Source: a virus
Lineage: Duplodnaviria; Caudoviricetes
Direction: 5' to 3' (one strand)
Length of the DNA stretch: 36,758 nucleotides
Virus record (IMG/VR): IMGVR_UViG_3300037423_001684
Span: 1 to 36,758 of that record
A program made the translations under genes and the position numbers. The notes beneath the pieces are model-generated. The model saw only the letters and a program-made list of their open reading frames with translations, was not told the origin of the DNA and searched no databases. Shown here piece by piece: positions 19,040 to 27,846 of this stretch (the stretch's first letter is position 1; every line of letters begins with the position of its first letter).

Positions 19040-20077
19040 TCAGCTGCCTGGGTACTTCTTCGCCAGGTACGCGACTCGTTGCTGGCGGGTCATCCCGGCC
19101 AGCTTCTCGCGTTCTGACGCCGAAGCGGCAGCGAGGTCATTTCCAATCGTGGTTGGTGCGGCGTTACGCTCTACGGTGCCGTTGACCGGGGCCTTCGCTT
19201 GGGGCGGCTGCTGTTGGCCTGCCTCACTCACTTGCGGCGCTGCGCTCTGGGTTCGCCGCTGCATCCTCTGTTGGTGCGCCGCCTGGGTGGCACGCATCAC
19301 GTTGAAGATGTCCAACATCGTGAATGAGCCGTCGTCGCTCGTCAAGGGAACGTTGTGTTGCTTCGCCGCCATGAAGATGCGGGATGGGTCGTTCTTCAGC
19401 CCGTGGACGAGATGAAAGAGCGTCTGCGGCTCGTATTCATCGAGCAGTGGCTTGAATCGCTCCTCGCCCAGCGCTCGCTGGAAGTCGTTCACGAACCCCT
19501 GGTGATCGGCGCGCGCGTTCGCCTCGTCGCGCTCCTTGGTGATCTGCTCGATCGTCTTCTTGAGTGGGTTGACGTGCTCCTCGAGCGCCGCGGCCAGCTT
19601 CGCATCGAAGGCCTTTCCCATCGCCTCAAGCTGCGCCTCGGGCGTGCCAGCCTTGCGCGCCTCCGCCTGCATTTCCTCGAAGGCCTTACGCGGGTCGTAT
19701 CCTAGCTCCTTGACCGTCTCCAGCCACGTCTTGTCCTTGCCGACGCCGGACCACTTCGCCTTCGCCGCCTCGGCCTCCTTCCGGGCTGCCTCCGCCGCCT
19801 CGCGCTCCTCGCGCGCGCGCTTCCGCTCCTGCTTCGAGCGACGCGCATTGCGATCGTGCGTCAGCTTCGCCTGAAGCACGTCGTGGTCGATAGTGGCCTC
19901 CGGCGACGCGGGCGACCCGCTCGGCTGCTCACCGGCGGGCGCCTCCACATCCGCGGAGGCCGAGCCCGCCCCCGATGCCCCAGCAGGGGGGGCGCCAGAG
20001 GTATCAGGGGCAGGCTCCACACCCGCGGGTGCTTCGTGCTTGGCGATGACGGCGTTGACGATCTCAGCTCGGCTCAT
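19040..20077 (-). CDS. Capsid scaffolding protein (345 aa)
   Basis: Disordered N-terminus, charged coiled coils, short C-terminal helix; between portal and capsid. Confidence 0.7.
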   Translation of the reverse strand: MSRAEIVNAVIAKHEAPAGVEPAPDTSGAPPAGASGAGSASADVEAPAGEQPSGSPASPEATIDHDVLQAKLTHDRNARRSKQERKRAREEREAAEAARKEAEAAKAKWSGVGKDKTWLETVKELGYDPRKAFEEMQAEARKAGTPEAQLEAMGKAFDAKLAAALEEHVNPLKKTIEQITKERDEANARADHQGFVNDFQRALGEERFKPLLDEYEPQTLFHLVHGLKNDPSRIFMAAKQHNVPLTSDDGSFTMLDIFNVMRATQAAHQQRMQRRTQSAAPQVSEAGQQQPPQAKAPVNGTVERNAAPTTIGNDLAAASASEREKLAGMTRQQRVAYLAKKYPGS

Positions 20078-20080
20078 GGG

Positions 20081-22126
20081 TCACATCGCTGGAAGTTGGG
20101 GAACTGCCGCCGGCGGCGCTGCGCCTTCGGGCAAGATCGGGCCTTGCGGTTCGGCGTAGAGGGACGGGTCGACCGGGCCGCCGCCACCGGGCCCCGGTCC
20201 GGGCTGGCCCTGATCGCCGGCCATCTCATCGGGTGACGGCTCCTGCGAGCCTTCGATTTCGGTCTCCGCGTCCAGCGCGAACTGGAGCACCCAGCGAAGA
20301 TTTTCCTCGGGCTGCTCGTCGGTGAACGCGTCGGCGTACACCTGCAGCGCGAGCGCGCGGCAGAGCTCCAGGTTGAACGCGGGCTCGGGGTAGACGTAGA
20401 CCGATGCCGGATCCTCTGCACGGAGAATCTTCTCGAGCACCTTCATGATCAGGCGGCGCGTCGACGTTTCGAGACGCAGGACGCGCTGAACGTCCGGGAT
20501 CTGGAGCAAGTCGAGAACTGCATCGCGAGAGATGAGGCCGTCGGCGGCGATCTCCTTGGCGCTCTGGTACTGCTCCGCCGGCGTGCCGTTGAGTAGCGAC
20601 GTGGGGAAGACGCGCAACTTGAAGTCGTCGCGGTCCATCCGGACGTCTTTGTACGAGAGCTTCTGGATGAGGGTCTTGCCGTAGTTCTTCCGCTCGGTCG
20701 CGACGACGAGCCCCTCGGACTTATCGCCCTTCTTCTTCGGCGCGTTCTTGTCCTCCTCGTAGATCTCTTCGCAGAGGTCGAAGAACTGCCAGCAGGTGTC
20801 GATCGCGTCGCGCTCGTCCTCCTGGCCGTGCGAGAGGAAGGCCTGATCATCGAGCTGGTTCCACGAGCGGATCGCCTTGCCGCTCTCGAGGCCGGGCGGA
20901 AGCTCGCCGCGCGTCGCCATCTCTGACAGGCGCGTCTCTTCCGCCGCCGCCTGCCCGCGCAGGAAGCGGTAGTAGTCGAAGAACGCCGGGTGCCACGGGC
21001 TCGGTTGGAAGAATACGGGCTGCACCTCCGACTGGATGTGCGTCATCGTCCCGTTGTCGATGTGATCGACCTCGAGGCCGGCGTCGGTCGGCGTCCAGAC
21101 GTACGTGCCGGTCATCCACCCCTGTTCCTGCAGGCGGAGACCGATACTGTTCACCTCGTACTGCAGTCCGCGGAGCTGTCCCGCCATGCCCTCGCCACGC
21201 CAGCCAGCGAGGCCCTTGGAGAAGGACGTGTGCGAGAACGGGAAGTAGTCGCGCTTGTAGACGCGGTTCGAGAGCGTCTTGGACGAGATGCAGATGCAGT
21301 GCGCGCCGTCCTTCGGGTCGTCGTCCGTCGGCTCGCCGTTCGGCAGGTGCCAGATCTCGAGGAAGAAGACCATGTCGCAGGTCTCGTCCTTGCCGAACGA
21401 GTATTCGAACGCCGCGTCCGCCGACGACGAGCCATACTCGTCGTTCATGATCTCCTCGGCGGCGTCCGGGAAGCGCTCCGCGAGCACGAGCCGGTCGATC
21501 CAGCGCTGCCGGATCAGCGTCCGCGGCTTGCCGTATCGGGCCTCGAACGGATTCGCCAGCAGTTCGATGCTGAAGCACCGGTCATGGAAAAGCTTCGTCC
21601 CGATGCGATAGTTGTGCGCGAAGCCGTCGCCCCAGATCGCTCGGTCGCGCCGGCGCATCGAGAGCGTCGGGAAGTAGTCGACCATGTCGAGCACGCCGCC
21701 GAAGAACTCGGAAAGGAGCTCGGCGCGGGCCTGCTGCGAGGCTCGCGCGTCGATGGGCTGCGCCATCGGTACGGGGCGGTTCTTGTCCTGTCGCGAGACG
21801 TAGGTGTCGACCTGGCGCTTGACGACGTTGGAAATCATCGTCTGCGGCGTGAACTCGCCCTGCGCCTGCATGCCCTGAAAGAGCGCCGCGAACTCGGCGT
21901 CTTCGTAGAGGCAGGCGTTGTAGAGGTCCTGCGCGCGACGCCCCGCGGTCAGCCGGCTGATCTTCTCGTAGAGGGAGAAGACCATCTCGTGCGGCTCGTC
22001 CTCGCGGAACCAGCGCAGATCCTTCGGCGGCTGCCGATCGCTCTTGTCGTACTTCGCCGAGACGCGCTTGACCGCGTCGGAGCGGGACTCACGAAGCTCG
22101 CTTCGATACCTTCGCCTTGCTGCCAC
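20081..22126 (-). CDS. Portal protein (681 aa)
   Basis: Size and position; ISNVVK, YFPF, LQYEVN and ESGKAIR motifs of P22-like portals; Pro/Gly-rich tail. Confidence 0.82.
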   Translation of the reverse strand: MAARRRYRSELRESRSDAVKRVSAKYDKSDRQPPKDLRWFREDEPHEMVFSLYEKISRLTAGRRAQDLYNACLYEDAEFAALFQGMQAQGEFTPQTMISNVVKRQVDTYVSRQDKNRPVPMAQPIDARASQQARAELLSEFFGGVLDMVDYFPTLSMRRRDRAIWGDGFAHNYRIGTKLFHDRCFSIELLANPFEARYGKPRTLIRQRWIDRLVLAERFPDAAEEIMNDEYGSSSADAAFEYSFGKDETCDMVFFLEIWHLPNGEPTDDDPKDGAHCICISSKTLSNRVYKRDYFPFSHTSFSKGLAGWRGEGMAGQLRGLQYEVNSIGLRLQEQGWMTGTYVWTPTDAGLEVDHIDNGTMTHIQSEVQPVFFQPSPWHPAFFDYYRFLRGQAAAEETRLSEMATRGELPPGLESGKAIRSWNQLDDQAFLSHGQEDERDAIDTCWQFFDLCEEIYEEDKNAPKKKGDKSEGLVVATERKNYGKTLIQKLSYKDVRMDRDDFKLRVFPTSLLNGTPAEQYQSAKEIAADGLISRDAVLDLLQIPDVQRVLRLETSTRRLIMKVLEKILRAEDPASVYVYPEPAFNLELCRALALQVYADAFTDEQPEENLRWVLQFALDAETEIEGSQEPSPDEMAGDQGQPGPGPGGGGPVDPSLYAEPQGPILPEGAAPPAAVPQLPAM

Positions 22127-22424
22127 GCGACGCTCCCTGCTTCGCGCTCACGGCGCGAGGAACGTCACTCTGAGCAGAGCCCGGAAGCTTCAACGGCGGC
22201 TTGACCGTCGAATGGGCGAACTGGATCTCGTGCTGGCGCATCAGCCGTGCGGCGACGCCCTTCAGCGGGTCGGGCTTGGCCTCGGTGGCGGCCGTCTTGG
22301 TCACGGGCGGGGGTCCGAGCACGAGCTTGATGAGCACCATGCCAGCTGGATCCCATTCGGCATGCACGGCGTTGGTCGCGCGCATGAATGCCGCTTGCTC
22401 TTCCCAGGTCTTGCGCTCAGTCAT
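22089..22424 (-). CDS. Hypothetical protein (111 aa)
   Basis: Tiles in the operon; GAGG RBS. Confidence 0.6.
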   Translation of the reverse strand: MTERKTWEEQAAFMRATNAVHAEWDPAGMVLIKLVLGPPPVTKTAATEAKPDPLKGVAARLMRQHEIQFAHSTVKPPLKLPGSAQSDVPRAVSAKQGASRGSKAKVSKRAS

Positions 22425-22851
22425 CGCTCACCTCGTCGGCCAGCGGCTCGTCGTCCTCGTCGTCGATGACCTGGATGTCCTTTCGAGCAGCCTGCTTCTC
22501 GGCGGCGAGCTTCCGTAGCCGCTCGGCGCGCTCCTTCATGCGCCCGGTGCGCGACAGCTTCTGCGAGATCAGCGCGCCGACCTGCATCGCGCTCGTGACG
22601 TTCTCGAGGGGGAACTCGACGCCGCCCGGATCGACTCGGAAGTGCGGGAACGGCTCCTTCAGGAAGGTCACGGTCTGCGTGTCGGTCGCCTCGATGAGCT
22701 TCGAGCTGTGCGAGAAGCGGAGCTTGTGCCCGATCTCTTTGATGCGGACCGACGCGTAGGCAACGCCGCCCTCGATGCCAACCGCCGCCTGGGCGGATGC
22801 CACCATGCTGTCGGGAATCGCTCCGGTTGCGGTCTTCTTACGAGCGGCCAT
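22417..22851 (-). CDS. Hypothetical protein (144 aa)
   Basis: Tiles in the operon; basic/acidic C-terminus. Confidence 0.65.
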   Translation of the reverse strand: MAARKKTATGAIPDSMVASAQAAVGIEGGVAYASVRIKEIGHKLRFSHSSKLIEATDTQTVTFLKEPFPHFRVDPGGVEFPLENVTSAMQVGALISQKLSRTGRMKERAERLRKLAAEKQAARKDIQVIDDEDDEPLADEVSDD

Positions 22852-23242
22852 CGATTGTGAACCTCGGCTTGTAGGCCCAGCCCTTTGGCAGGCGGGCCGT
22901 GGTGGACAAGAACGTGACCGCGTTGACCTTCAAGTCGGCGAGCAGTTTGCGAGCAATGCCCATCTTGCGAAAGTCCTGCTTCACGTAGACGTAGTGCAGC
23001 TCGGCGCCGTCGTCGGTCGTCGTGAACGCGGCGAACCCGAGCAGGTGATCGTCGTCATCCGGCGCGGTCGCGATGCGGATTTGCGCGCGGTCGCAGAGCC
23101 GACGGATCGCGAGGGTCATCTCACGGCGGTAGTGCTCGCGATCGCAGCCGCGCACCGCTGGCGCCCCCTCGAAGGAGCGCTTCCAGGCATCGATGACGAA
23201 GGCCATATCGCCCTCTCGAGCGGAGCGGATGGGGAAGGTCAC
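22838..23242 (-). CDS. GNAT-family N-acetyltransferase
   Basis: IRSAREGD, LLGFAAF, and LHYVYVKQDFRKMGIARKLL (acetyl-CoA motif A, RxxGxA). Confidence 0.82.
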   Translation of the reverse strand: MTFPIRSAREGDMAFVIDAWKRSFEGAPAVRGCDREHYRREMTLAIRRLCDRAQIRIATAPDDDDHLLGFAAFTTTDDGAELHYVYVKQDFRKMGIARKLLADLKVNAVTFLSTTARLPKGWAYKPRFTIDGRS

Positions 23243-23499
23243 TTCTTCCCGAACTCCGGACGTTGGATGTAAACGACCGCCCCGCCGTTCAGACGAGCCC
23301 GATCGACCCCTAGGCGCTTGTGCTTCTCCGCTTCCGCAGGCTGCACAGTGGCCTGGTCTTCGGCCATCGTGTCCTGGCCCTCAAAGAGCATTCGGGAGCC
23401 GCATTCGGCGCAATGCTTCACATAGTTTTTGCCAGTCGGGTTGTCGACGACCTCGACTTTGCCCGTTGCGTAAACGAGTACGCCCTTGAATGGGATCAT
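23239..23499 (-). CDS. Small CxxC protein (86 aa)
   Basis: MIPFKGVLVYATG...HCAECGSR; ATGA/GTGA overlaps with neighbours. Confidence 0.6.
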   Translation of the reverse strand: MIPFKGVLVYATGKVEVVDNPTGKNYVKHCAECGSRMLFEGQDTMAEDQATVQPAEAEKHKRLGVDRARLNGGAVVYIQRPEFGKK

Positions 23500-24293
23500 G
23501 CTCTCACCTCGCCAATCTTCCAGGCCCGCACGCAGTGCCCCGCGTGCCCGGTCTTGCCCCAGTGCCGGAACTCCGGCGGGTAGTAGATGCAGACCTCGTA
23601 GCCGTCTTGCCGCGCGAGCGTGCAGAAGCGCCAGTCCTCGGACGCGTAGCGCTTGCGCCCGCGCTCGTTCGTCTCGAGCGCCACGTCGAACAGCGCCCAC
23701 ATGGGATGGCCTCGGTAGGCCTCCATGTCCGCCTCGTAGAGCAGTTCGGGGTGCTTCCGCTGCATGTCGATGAAGACGTCGCGGTGCACCATCAGGAAGC
23801 CGGTCCCGACCTCGCTGACGGGGATCGTGTTGTCCGGCCGGATGTCGACCGACTGCGCCGCGATGTTCGCCGGCAGCAGGTTGGCCACCACTCCGCCCGA
23901 GCCATCTCGGTAGGGGTAGGCTCCGCCGATGATGGGACGGCCGCTCTCGACCATGTGCCGGACGGCGGTGACGTCGAGACACTCAATGTCTGCGTCCCAC
24001 TGCAGTAGGTGCGTGGCGCTCGAGCAGAGGAAGATGTGCTGCAGGACGTGTCGCCCGCGCGTGACGAGACTATCGCCGCCGGTGAGGAAGTGCGTCGCGT
24101 CGATGCCGTGCGCGCGCAGGTCCTCGACGGTGCGCGCCACCGAGTCCAGGTAGCCGAGTTCGGGCGCCTGGTAGGCCGGCGTGGCGATCAGCACGTGCGG
24201 CTTCTCGCTCACGGGCTCGCCGCCGCGCTGGAGCTGGTAGGCCGCCTCGAGCGTGGTCAGGTCGCCGGCGAAGATGTCGTCCCAATGGCTCAC
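23496..24293 (-). CDS. GT-A fold glycosyltransferase-like protein
   Basis: VLIATPAY, DSLVTRGR, LLQWDADI (DxD), GTGFLMVHRDVF, SEDWRFC and HWG motifs. Confidence 0.82.
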   Translation of the reverse strand: MSHWDDIFAGDLTTLEAAYQLQRGGEPVSEKPHVLIATPAYQAPELGYLDSVARTVEDLRAHGIDATHFLTGGDSLVTRGRHVLQHIFLCSSATHLLQWDADIECLDVTAVRHMVESGRPIIGGAYPYRDGSGGVVANLLPANIAAQSVDIRPDNTIPVSEVGTGFLMVHRDVFIDMQRKHPELLYEADMEAYRGHPMWALFDVALETNERGRKRYASEDWRFCTLARQDGYEVCIYYPPEFRHWGKTGHAGHCVRAWKIGEVRA

Positions 24294-24475
24294 TCGCCAC
24301 CTCCGTTGACCGGGCCGACGATCATCGGGCCCGTGTAAGCCGTCGTCAGCTTCCCCTCAGCCTGGCGGCGACGGAGCGCACGAATGGCGCGCCTCAGCGT
24401 GCACGCATGCGGCTTGCCGACGACGAAGACCGTTTCGCAACGGTCGCAGATGTCCTGCTCGAGGTAGTCGATCAT
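24290..24475 (-). CDS. Small Cys/His protein (61 aa)
   Basis: CDRC...HAC; overlaps with both neighbours. Confidence 0.55.
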   Translation of the reverse strand: MIDYLEQDICDRCETVFVVGKPHACTLRRAIRALRRRQAEGKLTTAYTGPMIVGPVNGGGE

Positions 24476-24684
24476 CGGGCGTCCTTTCGGATCTCATCCT
24501 CGAGCTCGTCGACCCGCGAGCGCTGCCGGCGCTTGCGTCGCGCCTGCTCGCTGCCGGCGAACTGGCGCCATTCGTCTGCGGTCATCGCGCGGTTGGCCAT
24601 CGTGACGGTGATGCCGTCCTCCGGTTCGAAGAGGAACCAGAGCGCGCCTTGGCCAAGCGGCGTGGTCGGAACGCAGGCCCTCAC
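24472..24684 (-). CDS. Hypothetical protein (70 aa)
   Basis: GTG start overlaps the GroES-like stop (GTGA); ATGA overlap downstream. Confidence 0.55.
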   Translation of the reverse strand: MRACVPTTPLGQGALWFLFEPEDGITVTMANRAMTADEWRQFAGSEQARRKRRQRSRVDELEDEIRKDAR

Positions 24685-25055
24685 TGCAGCACCATCTTGG
24701 CCCACGAGCCCGGTGCCTGCGTGAACAGCGGAAGGTGCTGGACACCATCGACTACCGCCATGACGTCGCCTTCCTCGACGATGAGCCCGAAGGGCGTGTC
24801 CCAGCCGACGAGCACACGGCCATGGCCCTCGCGAGAGTAGGTGTAGACGATCACCTCGTCGCCCTCGCTGACCTCGCGCACCTTCGAACCAACGGCGAGC
24901 ACGCGCGCGCGGAAGTAGTCGGCGACGTGCGCCGTCTTCCCGCGCTTCCACTCGACGGCAGGAAGCACAATGCCGCCCGGCGACTTGGTCTCCAAGCCGT
25001 GACCATCGAGCTTCTCGAGCAGAATGCGATCGCCGTACGGTCGAATCATCTCCAC
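24681..25055 (-). CDS. Phage GroES/Cpn10-like co-chaperonin
   Basis: IRPYGDRILLE, mobile loop ETKSPGGIVLP, RARVLAVG, VSEGDEVIV, LIVEEGDVMAVV. Confidence 0.88.
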   Translation of the reverse strand: MEMIRPYGDRILLEKLDGHGLETKSPGGIVLPAVEWKRGKTAHVADYFRARVLAVGSKVREVSEGDEVIVYTYSREGHGRVLVGWDTPFGLIVEEGDVMAVVDGVQHLPLFTQAPGSWAKMVLQ

Positions 25056-25059
25056 CCCT

Positions 25060-25116
25060 GCTCCAACAGATTGGAGCGCGTGTCAGTTTATTGTCAGGTT
25101 TCGATTTCTGTGTCAA
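25060..25116 (-). promoter_or_regulatory. AT-rich intergenic with three TGTCA repeats and a 7-bp hairpin over the GroES-like RBS
   Basis: TGTCA at 25081, 25092 and 25111; GCTCCAA-N4-TTGGAGC at 25060-25077. Confidence 0.45.
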
Positions 25117-26519
25117 GCGCGCCGCATCTGGTGCGTCACCGGCCGCGCACCGTACTTGCCCGCGCGCTCGCGCTCCCTCTGGCGCTCGAGCAGCAGCTTT
25201 TCCTTCGCCGCCTTGGCGACCTTCCGGATCGCCTCTGGCGTCGTCGTCGGCTCCGCGTTCTCGACCTCCGGCTGCGTGTATGCCGAAGTCGAGCGCCACG
25301 CATAGAGGCACGCGTCCGCGCAGTGATTGTCGAAGCCCGAGGCTTCCTTCTCGCGGTCCTCATGCCACGGGAGCTCGAGCCACTCGGTGATCAGCGGCGC
25401 GCATTCGGACTCGACGACCTTGATCCGCGAGCGTTCGAGTTCGCCGTTTAGGAGCTTGATGTAGCCCAGCTTGTCCTGCTTCTGAGCGGCCTCGATGGGC
25501 AGCTTGAATCGGCGCTGCGCCTCGAGCTCATAGCCGGCACCGAGGCCGCCCGTGTCGCCGATGATGCGCGTGAACGGGTACTGCTCCTTGAGCTTCCGCG
25601 TCTCGATAGCCGCGTCGCTAGGCGACATGTCCTTTCGCTTGTAGGCCTTGAGCACGTACGCAGTTGGGTCGCCATAGCGCCAGCCGACGACGACGAACGC
25701 TGTTGGCGAACGCGCGCCGTAGTCGATGCCGAGCACATACCGCTGGCACTCCGGCGCCTTCGCGATGACGTTTCGCTTCTCGCTGAAGCGGTACACGAGG
25801 CCCTCGGCATCACGCACCCACAGGCCTTCCTCGAGCTGCCGACGCGTCGTCTCGTCGAGCACGCCGAGCGCCTCCCGGTACTCGACCGCGTCGAGGCTCG
25901 GGTTGTCGTCGAGCTTCGCCGAGATGAACGGCCGCTGAGAATCAGGCTTCGCCAGGAAGCGACGGCGCACCCATTCATGACCGACGCCGCCGGGGTTCGT
26001 CGCTGCGCGCACGCGCACCGGAATGTCGACCCCCTTCAGCCGGCGCAGACGAGAGAATAGGTAGCGGTACCAGGCCTCCGGGAACTGCGTGAGCTCGTCG
26101 AACGCGATGAACTGGTAAGCGCCGCCCTGATATCGGTATTTGTCCTTCTCGGTGTCGAGGTAGCCGAACTGCAGGATCGCGCCGGATGGAAAGACGAACC
26201 TGCGCTTCTGCTCGTTCCACACCGCATCGGAGCCCGCTAGCCACTCTTGCGCGCGCGCCATGATCGCATCGGGCAGAGCGAGGTCGGCGAACGTCCTGCG
26301 CAGGATGAGCGCCGTGTAGCCGGGCACATTGACGTGCTGCAGCGCCGCCATGAGAAGCGCGTCGCTCTTGCCGCCGCCGGCCGCGCCGCCGTAGAGCGCC
26401 TCACGACAGGTCAGCGCAAGAAACTCGGCCTGCTTGGGGTGTGGCTTATGCGGGACGTAGCTCGTCGCGCGCCGACGCGACAGAACCGCATCAACCTCGA
26501 GAAGGGTGGCAGCGTTCAG
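25113..26519 (-). CDS. terL: Terminase large subunit
   Basis: Walker A YGGAAGGGKS, LILRRT, Walker B FIAFDELTQF, ATNPGG, nuclease GIDYG...NHCADA. Start uncertain (CTG at 26519 proposed). Confidence 0.93.
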   Translation of the reverse strand: MNAATLLEVDAVLSRRRATSYVPHKPHPKQAEFLALTCREALYGGAAGGGKSDALLMAALQHVNVPGYTALILRRTFADLALPDAIMARAQEWLAGSDAVWNEQKRRFVFPSGAILQFGYLDTEKDKYRYQGGAYQFIAFDELTQFPEAWYRYLFSRLRRLKGVDIPVRVRAATNPGGVGHEWVRRRFLAKPDSQRPFISAKLDDNPSLDAVEYREALGVLDETTRRQLEEGLWVRDAEGLVYRFSEKRNVIAKAPECQRYVLGIDYGARSPTAFVVVGWRYGDPTAYVLKAYKRKDMSPSDAAIETRKLKEQYPFTRIIGDTGGLGAGYELEAQRRFKLPIEAAQKQDKLGYIKLLNGELERSRIKVVESECAPLITEWLELPWHEDREKEASGFDNHCADACLYAWRSTSAYTQPEVENAEPTTTPEAIRKVAKAAKEKLLLERQRERERAGKYGARPVTHQMRRA

Positions 26520-27052
26520 GCATCGTCGCTCGCGTCCGCCTGGACGCGCACGACACCATCGAGCCGGTCGGCTTCCTCGAGCAGTTCGGCCGCTTTCGAG
26601 CGCAGCCACTTCGCTTTGTCGGCGGAAGGCATGGCCTCGTAGCTCGCGACCACGTGTGCGTGCTCATGCTTCTGGACCATGAGGCCCATCAGCTCCGCCA
26701 TCGTCTTGACGGCGTTCGTCGCAGCCTTCACGTCGGGATTGGCGTACTCCACGCCGCCCATGCTCACGGCCGTCCGGCTCATCGCCACGCGCTCGTGGCG
26801 CTCGAGCATCATCGCGAGCCGCGCGCGGAGCTCCTCGCCGTCGCCGATCGCCATTCGGATTGCGCGCGACGCCATCGATGCCCAAGTCTCAACGGTGCGC
26901 ACGGACACGCCGAACTCGGCGGCGACCAGCGCGGCACTCGCGCCCGTCTCCCAGGCCCCGTCGGTCATGAGCTGGGCGCACCGCTTCACGCCAGCGTCCG
27001 CCTGGCCGGTCTCACGCCCCGTGCGCGCGCGTGTGATCCGCGTCTCGTTCAC
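26516..27052 (-). CDS. Putative terminase small subunit (178 aa)
   Basis: HTH VAAEFGVSVRTVETW, helical oligomerisation part, immediately upstream of TerL; GTGA overlap start. Confidence 0.7.
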   Translation of the reverse strand: MNETRITRARTGRETGQADAGVKRCAQLMTDGAWETGASAALVAAEFGVSVRTVETWASMASRAIRMAIGDGEELRARLAMMLERHERVAMSRTAVSMGGVEYANPDVKAATNAVKTMAELMGLMVQKHEHAHVVASYEAMPSADKAKWLRSKAAELLEEADRLDGVVRVQADASDDA

Positions 27053-27477
27053 TTGACCTCGGTGCACGTCCCTCGGGTCTGGCCCTTCGGGATCAAGCAG
27101 ACCTGCTTGTTGTAGCAATCCGAACGCGTGCTGCAGGTGCCGCCGCTGTTCATACCCTCGCTGAAGCCCTTGAGGCCGCCTGCGATGCCCGCTCCGATGA
27201 CTTCGCCGACGGACGGGCCGGTGCTCGGTGCCTCGGGCGCCGGCGGGGGCGCATCTCGCTGACATCGGAAGGTCAGGTGGTGCGGTCCGGTCGTGGCCTG
27301 GGTCTCCTCGATGGTCCCGAAGCTGTCGGGGCAATGCTCGCGGGCAAGCGCCGCGCATTTCGCACCGTCGCCGTCGCAGTCGGCAATGAAGACCTTCTCG
27401 CCGCTCGGAAGTTGCGATTCACGAACCGAGCCGCCACCACACGCAGTCAGCAGGATCACCAGGTGCCACATCCGCAT
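27049..27477 (-). CDS. Cys-rich lipoprotein (142 aa)
   Basis: MWHLVILLTAC|GGGS lipobox; eight further Cys; GGAGG RBS. Confidence 0.78.
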   Translation of the reverse strand: MRMWHLVILLTACGGGSVRESQLPSGEKVFIADCDGDGAKCAALAREHCPDSFGTIEETQATTGPHHLTFRCQRDAPPPAPEAPSTGPSVGEVIGAGIAGGLKGFSEGMNSGGTCSTRSDCYNKQVCLIPKGQTRGTCTEVK

Positions 27478-27564
27478 CCCTCCAGATTAGCGAATTCCGC
27501 CATGACTGTCCTTGCGGCCTCCCCGAACCCTGATCTCGATCCCCCACACCGCCGGCTTGTCTGG

Positions 27565-27804
27565 CTAGGTCCTGCGGCCTGGCAGACCCTTCACGCAGAA
27601 TACGTTCCAAGCCCCGTCGCTCGATCGCTCGACGCATCCCTGTCCGGGCTCTAACGGTCTGCCGCAGAACCAGCACTCGGCTCGATAGGCGTTTCGCTTC
27701 CTCGGCGCTCCGTCCTTCCGGAGAGACGAGACTCCGTGTCCGTACGGAGATTCGCAACACCAAAGCCCCTTCTCCCGCAGCATCGAATCGCCCATGCGCC
27801 TCAT
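27565..27804 (-). CDS. Small Zn-binding hypothetical protein
   Basis: KRNAYRAECWFCGRPLEPGQG...WNVFC pattern; start uncertain. Confidence 0.5.
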   Translation of the reverse strand: MRRMGDSMLREKGLWCCESPYGHGVSSLRKDGAPRKRNAYRAECWFCGRPLEPGQGCVERSSDGAWNVFCVKGLPGRRT

Positions 27805-27846
27805 CCCTTCCGTATCCGTTCCCGCCCGCGTGCGGGGTGTATCCAT

